A DNA stretch of 64,000 nt from the human T2T-CHM13v2.0 reference genome, Homo sapiens. Numbering within the stretch: the stretch's first letter is position 1; each line of letters begins with the position of its first letter. The notes under the pieces are model-generated. The model had not been told where the DNA came from, made no database searches, and worked only from the letters and a program-made list of their open reading frames with translations. The translations under genes were made by a program, and so were the position numbers. The stretch lies in the NCBI RefSeq assembly GCF_009914755.1, contig NC_060932.1, one strand, 5' to 3'. This document shows positions 33,679-64,000 of this stretch, piece after piece.

Positions 33679-33968
33679 GGCAAGGTGCAGTGGTTCATGT
33701 CTGTAATCCTAGCACTTTGGAAGGCGGAGGCAGATGAATCACTTGAGCTCAGAAGTTCAAGACCAGCCTGGGTAACATGATAAAATCCTGTCTCTAAAAA
33801 AATACAAAAATTAGCCAGGCATGGTGGCGTATACCTGTAGTCCCAGCTACTTGGGGGTGCTGAGGTAGGAAGATCGCTTGAACCCAGGAGGTCGAGGTTG
33901 CAGTGAGCTGAGACAGCACCACTGCACTCCAGCCTGGGTGATAGAGTGAGACCCTGTATCAAAAAAAA
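33679..33968 (+). mobile_element. AluJ
   Basis: Forward Alu dimer. Confidence 0.88.
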
Positions 33969-33969
33969 T

Positions 33970-36764
<2,795 letters not shown>

Positions 36765-36947
36765 CACTACAGTCTTAATTTGGTGTGTCATATGTGACCC
36801 CACTCCTGCACCTGCCCCTCCCCACTGGCCTCCCTCTTTTGAACCTTGCCCTCTCCAAATCATTCTCCACGTTGATTTCGGAGAATGTATTCTAAAGAGC
36901 ATATCTAATGATGCCATTTCCTGCTTAAAATCTAATGACCTCCCTAA

Positions 36948-38800
<1,853 letters not shown>

Positions 38801-39184
38801 CCCCCCACCGCACTCCACCAACACAAGCCACTCAACATGGTCCTTCCTAATCTAGTTGCAGCTTGTTGTACCACCTTCATCTCTACTGATGCTCCTACTC
38901 AAACTGGATACTTCAAGTAGGCCCAACTTCACCAGCCCTAAAAAACAAATAATCCGTCTCACTCGGGCTTCTATAAACATGGTTCCCTGTGCCAGGACTA
39001 CTCCTCCCTACCGTAATCTCCAGGCTCACGCCCACGTGTCCTCAGACTCAGTTTCCTTGGCATGTCTTCCCAGGTCCTCCACAAGACTGGCGAGGCCTCT
39101 GTGCTCCCTCATGTGCCCTGAGTTTTTGTGCTCCAGTGGCTCTTCTCATATGACAGGGTCATCACCTATGCACTGGTCTTTACC

Positions 39185-39541
39185 TGACAGTGTTTGGATT
39201 TGTGTCCACACCCAAATCTCATGTCCACTTGTAATCCCCAGTTTTGCAGGTGGGGCCTGGTGGGAGGTGATTGGATCATGGTGGCGGATTTCCCCCTTGC
39301 TGTTCTCACGAGATCTGGTTGTATAAAGTGTGTGGCACCTCCCGCTCTCTCTTCCTCCTACTCCAGCCATGTGAGACATGCCTGCTTCCCCTTCAAGTTC
39401 CGCCATGATTGAAAGTTTTCTGAGGCCTCCCCAGCCATGTTACCTGTACAGCCTCCAGAACTGTGAGCCAATTAAACCCTCCTTCATAAATTACCCAGTC
39501 TCAGTTATTTCTTCATAGCAGTGCAAAAACGGACTAATACA
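39185..39541 (+). mobile_element. MSTA-type solo LTR
   Basis: cccaaatctcatgt...gggaggtgattggatcatgg...gactaataca. Confidence 0.85.
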
Positions 39542-40396
39542 TTATTCTTCACCAAACTGTAAGCTCCCTAAGGATAAGAATTACACCATTTTCCTCAGCC
39601 AAGAACAGTTCCTGATATGTTGGTGGCTCTCCATAAATATTTGATACATGGATAAAGCCCCCAGCATATAGTAGGCCGTCACCCTCTTCCCTACTATATT
39701 GAAAGTGTGATGCAAGAATCCAAAACTTCATTCTTTCCAAAGAAAATCGTTCCCAAACCATCTTGGAAATGCACAGTCTGATTTTAAAAATAAAACATTT
39801 GTAGTTCCTTCCTGATTCTGTTTTGTACGGGCTAATAATAAAATGAGTTGGCATTCCTTGGGTATATATCAACTAACAGTAGAGGGAGCCAAGCCAAGAA
39901 TGTGCTAGGTAGTGGGTAGGAATCTGCATGCGATTAAAAATAGGCCATGTGTAATAATGGAGGAAAACTACTCAAATGGTCAGCAATTAGGAAATAGTTC
40001 AATAAATTCTGGTATTAGATAGATAGGTTATATTGCCATTAAAATCATAAATATGGAAAGGTTTATTCAAAATAATCCTAAAAATAAAACTAGGACACGA
40101 ATTAGAATATGCACTTTGATTACAAGTATGCAACACTGTGTCTGTATAATCTCATAAAACCCTATTCGTTCCAGGTATTTTGTAGTAAAATTTAAAATTG
40201 GGGATTTTTTCTCAGTTTTTTTTAAGCTTTTGTTGTAAAAACCTATGACAAATAATTGTCATGCATTGTTTCCAAAGTGTATATCATAAAATGGACATAG
40301 TGAGCTTTTTGATCTAAGGCTCCTAAAGGTACTGTTTATAATTTGTTGGATGTATACGACACATTGCATTCCTTAATTTAAAAATATATATGTATA

Positions 40397-40767
<371 letters not shown>

Positions 40768-40932
40768 TTATTTCATAGTGCTCTTAGAGAAGACAAAATG
40801 TTTTCACATTTTCATTGCACTTTGCCTCCAGTACTTCTGGGAGTCAGACAGAACAGGAGCTATTGTATTATCCTCTCTTTATCCATTTGACTTTACACAC
40901 AAACTGAAACTGACTTGCTCAAAGTTACATAG

Positions 40933-41297
40933 GGTATTAGTTTGCTCTCACGCTGCTAATAAAGACATACCTGAGACTGGGTAATTTATAAAGGAAAGAG
41001 GTTTAATGGACTCAAATTTCCATATGGCTGGGGAGGCCTCACAATCATGGCAGAAGGCAAAGGAGGAGCAAAGTCACATCTTACATGGCGGCAGGCAAGA
41101 GAGCATGTTGCAGGGGAACTCCCCTTTACAAACCCATTAGATCTCATGACACTTATTCACTACCATGAGAACAGCACAGGAAAGACCTGCCCCCATGATT
41201 CAATTACCTCCCACTGGGTCCCTCCCATGACACATGGGAACTAGAGGAGCTACAATTCAAAATGAGATTTGGGTGGGGACACAGCCAAACTATATCA
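40933..41297 (-). mobile_element. THE1C/D-type solo LTR
   Basis: gtattagt...ctgctaataaagacatacctgagactggg...acagccaaactatatca; perfect 5-bp TSD CATAG. Confidence 0.9.
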
Positions 41298-41768
41298 CAT
41301 AGTTAGCAAGGATCAGAACCAAGATCAGAGCCCACTCCACACTAATACAACCTCCTTCACTCTGCCCAGAAACCTGAGCAGGAAAGACTCCGTGGACTCA
41401 GGATCAGCAAAGTTCCTTGCTAAAGAAGCTTGCACAGCATCTTGCCCTAGGAGTTGCTCAAGGAGCATTTGTTCAAAGGATTGATATACATCAATAGCTT
41501 GATGGGTCCATCAGTGGATAGGAATTTAACAGATCACAACTAATCAGATAAAATTCTTTGGCACTCTCTGGTGTCAGCCTTCACCAAACTCATATCATTG
41601 CTACTTTAAATGTTTTCTCTAAAAATATTTCATTTGTTCATTCAGCAATCAAATATTAGACAACCACTAAGTATAAGAAGCTGTGTTAGCAGCTTTAGGA
41701 GTCAAAGAAATAAAATATCATTCTTGCCTTTAACATAGTTACAATCCACTAGGAGAATAAGACTTTCA

Positions 41769-44294
<2,526 letters not shown>

Positions 44295-44479
44295 TTTTAT
44301 TTTTATATGTAAAAAGTAATCATTATGTCCTGTGGCAAATATGTCCTGTGGTAGAATATAAGACAGAAAATCAAGGAACTATAAGAGCATAACAGTTTCT
44401 AATCAAGATTCAGATTCTTTGGGAGGTAATGGATGGTATAGAAAGAACACCCAGGCACCTAGCTTTAAATCCCATCACT

Positions 44480-44621
44480 GGCCAGGCGTGGTGGTTCACC
44501 CCTGTAATCCTAGCACTTTGGGAGGCCGAGGCAGGCAGATCATGAGGTCAGGAGATCAACACCATCCTGGCTAACATGGTGAAACCCAATCTCTACTAAA
44601 AAAAAAAAAATACAAAAAAAA
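44480..44621 (+). mobile_element. Left-arm-only AluY with its own TSD, inside a MIR
   Basis: ggagatcaacaccatcctggctaac (Y-type); TSD AAATCCCATCACT at 44467-44479 and 44622-44634. Confidence 0.88.
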
Positions 44622-44729
44622 AAATCCCATCACTGCCACATCCTTGCTATGTGACATTGGAGAAGTCACTGAGCCTCTCTGGGATTCAGTTTCTTTATCT
44701 GTAAATGGAGATTTAAAAAATTTTACCTT

Positions 44730-46578
<1,849 letters not shown>

Positions 46579-47083
46579 AATTATATATATATAATATATA
46601 AAATATATTATATATAATATATTATATAATATGTAATATATTACATATTATATAATATGTAATATATTACATATTATATAATATATATAATACATATTAT
46701 ATAATATATAATATATTACATATTATATAATATATAATATATTACATATTATATATTATATAATATATTATGTATAATATATTACATATTATATAATATA
46801 TAATATATTATGTATAATATATTAAATATAATATATAATATATTATGTATAATATATTAAATATAATATATAATATATTATGTATAATATATTAAATATA
46901 ATATATATAATATAATTTATATTATATATAATATATATTATATAATATATATTATATATAATATATATTATATATAGTATAATATATAATATATTATATA
47001 ATATGTAATATATATAATATATAATATTATATATTATTATATATTATATTATATTATATTATATTATATTATATTATATATAT
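46579..47083. repeat. AT-rich minisatellite
   Basis: About 500 bp, nearly all A/T, with recurring atataatatattatgt/attacat units, grown from an Alu tail. Confidence 0.95.
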
Positions 47084-47299
47084 ACACACACACAAGGGAA
47101 GCTGAGATCCCTAACAATAGAACTAACTGCAACTACAGTATCAATTTCTTTGCCTAAAGAGAACCTTCATGAAAATGTTCTAAAACTGAAAGAAAAAGAA
47201 GTATTTTGCTTTCAAATTTTATAGATGATTTCTTTTCAAAAAAAGTCTCTTACTCATTTTGTCCTGAATCTCAATTTTACATTTTCTTGCCTGCTGGCT

Positions 47300-51780
<4,481 letters not shown>

Positions 51781-53043
51781 GGCTAATAATCATCCTTTTA
51801 TCACAGGATTGCTGGGAGGTCAAATGGCAAATGGATGTGAAAGCACTTTAGAAACTACAAAGTGACATGCAAATGTTAGTAGCTGTTATTTTATTGTTAT
51901 TATTATGTGCAAGGCACCATGTCAGGCCCCAAAGGAGGACTTAAAGATGAGTAATCCACTGCCCACAAGACACCCACAACATAATGAGGTATTCAAAGGA
52001 CTATGAAATAAGGCAGAAAATAAGAGATGTTCGAAGACCTATAGGGGCTCAAAGGAGAGAAAAATCATGGATCAGGAGTCAGGACAGCCCATTCATCCAA
52101 GGCCTTGTGGGAGTGCTGTGGGGGTTTAATAGCAAGGTCCCTACTCTCAAGTCCTTGATGGTCATATATGGTGCTGCATGAGACTGAAATACATGGTATT
52201 TGAGCATAGAGAGCTTTTCCAGTGAAGGCATCTGGAAGATCCAGTCTAGATCTAAAAGAGTGAGTGGGACTTAGGTTAGAGGAGGAGGAAAAGATGGTCT
52301 TTGGAGGGAGGAGGATGCAGACAAAGGCAGGATTGAGCTTGGAGAGACTGGGAAACTCCTCCTAGGGGAGCAGAGCAGAAGGTTCCTGTGGCTGGGCTGC
52401 TCATGACCCAGGGCAAGGCATCAAAAAGCAAGCAAGTGCCATGCTGGGTTGGATCAATAGTCCATTCAGTACTCTGTATTTGGACAGTGGCCCTGGGGGA
52501 TACTTTGGGAGAGCCTCTGGTTGTGCCATTTGGATGATTCTTTAGCTATTAGGAAGGTAAATTATATAATAACCCATTATGGTGCGATCGTTCATGAATT
52601 TTTATTAACCCTGTCTGCATCTGTAGGCAAAAATCTCAAAAAAGACCCTCTTAAAGGAATATTCTACAATACAAAGCTGCTTCTATGGGCTCTCAGAAAG
52701 CCGACAGGAAAAGACAATTATATAAAAAGCGACCCTAAAGAAAAAGAAAAAAAACTATAGAAACAAAAAGCAGATCAGCGGTTGTCTAGAGCTTGGGGGA
52801 AGGGTAGGGAATGGGAATTGACTGCACAGAGGCACAAAGGAGCATTGAGAGGGATGGAAGTGTTTGAAACTCACCTTCCAATGGCTGAATTTTATGATAT
52901 GCATAGTATGTCTCATAAAGCTGTTATTTTTTAAAACCCTACATAAATGCTTTCTCCAGTCCTCACCCAGAAAACATTATCTTTATAAAGAAAGCCAGTA
53001 CAAGGTCAGAGGTGGGAATGGAAGGAGACTCAAAATCATGTCA

Positions 53044-53901
<858 letters not shown>

Positions 53902-53942
53902 TTAAAGCACCAGACTGTTGCTCCTTTCCTTCCCAAATAACC

Positions 53943-54301
53943 TGTCTTAGTCTGCTCAGCCTCCTATGACAAACTACCATAAACTGGGTAGTTTATAAAC
54001 AACAGAAATGTATTCTTCACCATCCTGGGCTGGGAAGTTCGAGATCAAAGTGCTGGCAGACTCGGTGTCTGGTGAGGGTGCATTTCCTGGTTTGTAGATG
54101 GCCTTCTTGCTGTGTGCTCACGTGGCAGAAGGAGTCAATGAGCTCCCTTGGGTCTCTTTTATTAGGGTACTAATGCCATTCACAAGGGCTTCACCCTCAT
54201 GACCTCATCACTCACAAAGGCCTCACCTCCTGATACCGTCACCTTGCAGTTAGAGTTTCACATGTGAATTTGGGAGGGTCACACAACATGCAATCTATAG
54301 G
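53943..54301 (-). mobile_element. MLT1A-type MaLR LTR
   Basis: tgtcttagtc...taccataaactggg...aacaacagaaat...ggtgtctggtgaggg. Confidence 0.82.
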
Positions 54302-54520
54302 AGAGCCAGACTTCGAAATTGTATAGAAAGATCAAGGAGCTAGGAGGGGGACATGGATGTCCTTGGTTGATGCTTTCTTCCTTTCCCTAGAGGTTGAGGC
54401 TCAGTTCTTTAGTATCTTTGGGTCTCCAAGGCTTTGTGTCCTTGGCCCGACATTAGAAGCTCTCCGTTCTGTAGGAGCCTGAGCTCTCTTTCCAGCCTTA
54501 CTTCAATGCTCCCCACTACA

Positions 54521-55978
<1,458 letters not shown>

Positions 55979-56048
55979 CTATCACTATTTAATAGTTTAC
56001 TTACATAATCATCATTTTTCTTTAAGTTCTAGAGTATATTCTACTTTA

Positions 56049-56361
<313 letters not shown>

Positions 56362-56854
56362 GAGTAAAATTACAGTACATTTTGCTGAAAAATGTAACAG
56401 TCATCAAAACTATTTGTTTCTTAGTGTTAGGCAGGCCCAGAGAAGGTAATTATAATTTCTCAGCCCAAGGATTTTAGAAATCAATTTATTAAGCATTCTT
56501 CAGAAGGGATTCTCTTGGTCTTTGAGAGTTTCTAGTTTTAAACTTAACAGGAGAGCCAAGTAAAAGTTGAAAATGAAGAGACTCTACCCTGGGGGTTTTC
56601 AAAATTGAAAAGGTTTATGAAAACATTAGTTTACATCTTTCTAAATCACTAATCTATTGTCTCCATATAAATTTTACTTCTTTATTTAAAGACACTTATT
56701 ACTATACAATGGCTGTTGGGTGCAAAGAATATATGCCATAAATACTTGATAAACTGAAGTGAATCCATGTACACCAACGGAACTTGTTAACTCTTTGCAG
56801 CCTTTTGGTGACACAATTGGTTAGTATGTCATATTTAACTTGATTACAATCTTA

Positions 56855-56971
<117 letters not shown>

Positions 56972-56974
56972 TCA

Positions 56975-57124
<150 letters not shown>

Positions 57125-57692
57125 TCATCTTTAAAAAGAAGAATTTGACTCCTGGATCCAATTTTATAAGCAGCTTGAATGCCAGATGACAAGATCAGCC
57201 ATAAGGAAGAAATTAAACTAACACTGCTCTTTGATAGTTCAGGAAGCTTACACCAAAAGAACCTGTCTTTAAAGAAAAAGATTTTTCCTTCAATTATAGT
57301 GACAGCATCAAAGCTTAACTTGGAGTCACAGGTAGCAGGTTTTAGAGTATAAGGATGTGACAGGGGTTGGTGCTTTTATGGGCTTCCACGGAGAAACTGA
57401 ATATCATAGATGTCATCAGTAGAGAGGCAAAATCTGGTTGGATCAACATAACTCTAGAGAGAGAAAAATAGCTTTTGGATCTTTGGAGTGGCTAAGACCC
57501 AAGGAATGGCCCTATCAGCAGCATCAAGAAGCAAGTTTATGCCTTTGGAGAGTTGAATTCAGATTTTAGCCTCCTCATAATGCAAGTATCCATCAACACC
57601 AGCTCCCAGACCATAAGCATAGGCAATAGGTTCCACCTCTGCCATCAAAAGGATTCCTGTCTTCATGATCTCCTTATGCAAAATATATCTTA

Positions 57693-58092
<400 letters not shown>

Positions 58093-58518
58093 TCACTCCA
58101 TACTTGAAAGCCTTCTGGATGGCATAGTCAAAATCTTTCTACACCATGCCAGTAGTATAATTCTTGATTGTGTAGGTGATATGACATTTCATCCATACTG
58201 GTTTCCCCATCACTGTGTTAACCTGATGAACATTAGGTACTGCTCATCAAGGTGCATGCATCATTGCCAGAGTAGATGCATCCAATTGCCCGGTCACATT
58301 TGGCCCCAAAAACTGCTATATTTCCTGGATTTTGTGTGCCTTGAATTCTCTGTTGGCTCTCTTTGTGATCATTGGAATTCTTTCCTTCAGGAGACCATAA
58401 AAGATGCCCATGTACCTTTGTGCAAACACATCATTTTGTTCTGGACTTGTACTATTAGCCACAGGAATAGCTCCGAAGGCAGTGGCTTGAAGGACCAGAA
58501 TTAATAGAAGAAACTTCA

Positions 58519-58898
<380 letters not shown>

Positions 58899-59235
58899 TT
58901 ATTCCTGCCTTATACATATGCAGGTACTCCCACCCCCAGCCTAACTGAATGTCTCTGACAACAGCTCTCAGAATGCACTCCTACCTCTAAATTCTTTATT
59001 ATTTGTACCTCCCATTTTAATGATACCTTATATAATTACTTAACTTTTCATAAAATGGTGGGATTTATCAGCTATAAGTAAGACTCTTGAGGCTACACAG
59101 GCCAACCAGAGTTTTCAGATTTATTATTGTTGTTGTTGATTTGTTACCTTTTTAATTTCATAGACTGACATCTCCCTTCTACCTCCCACTCTCTTTTGCC
59201 CTGAAACATCAACTTTAAACCCAAAAAAACCTTGC

Positions 59236-63569
<4,334 letters not shown>

Positions 63570-64000
63570 TCAGACAGAAAAGAACTAATGAGTGTTCTCC
63601 ATCAAGAGCTTTTTTCTATTAAATGTGAGCTATTGTAATAGGCACTCTTCCAAATATTGACAAAGGTGCTTTTTCTATTTCCCAAAACTTTAATTAATAT
63701 GTATGCCAAATGAGCCTCTTCCTTCCCTAAAAGGAGCCCCAAAATTATATATAGAAATATAAATTTGTGAGAACCCGGCCTGTGAGTTCACTGTTGGCCC
63801 ACAAAAGACTGAAGCTAAAAGCTCCAAAGAGCTTTTGAGATCAATTGTTATAGGAAAACAGCAATAAAATGAAAAACTTGGGGGCTGTATGTTGGTATGA
63901 AAATGTGATTTTTACATCTGAGAGGTACCAGCTGGGTGGCACAGAGGATTTTATTTTGGCTCTGGATTCTAGAGCCCAGAATAAATAAAATGACAAAGAC

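Overview
Primate (human or great-ape) genomic DNA. It is very Alu-rich: about 60-65 Alu/FLAM elements, roughly 30% of bases by eye. I can support no intact protein-coding exon and no RNA gene; almost every ORF in the track is Alu- or microsatellite-derived. The only gene-derived sequence is an apparently full-length, intronless, heavily disabled processed pseudogene of macrophage metalloelastase (MMP12) on the minus strand (about 55890-58885). It keeps 5'UTR-like, signal/pro, catalytic, hemopexin and 3'UTR-like parts, has a candidate target-site duplication (TSD), and is split by three later Alu insertions. The rest is layered repeats: L2, MIR, L1M/L1P, MLT1/MST/THE1 LTRs, two ERV1 solo LTRs with 4-bp TSDs, hAT DNA transposons, and AT-rich and purine/pyrimidine tandem repeats. 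The most interesting structure these features do not explain is a set of DNA-repair or template-switch scars. These are a roughly 260-bp copy of a nearby L2 segment pasted into the head of an Alu monomer with an iterative junction, a perfect 33-bp non-tandem duplication, a fold-back micro-inversion hairpin, and a tandem duplication of an Alu left arm. I found no evidence for a novel multi-gene system. Repeat subfamily names come from recalled consensus sequences, not from a search.
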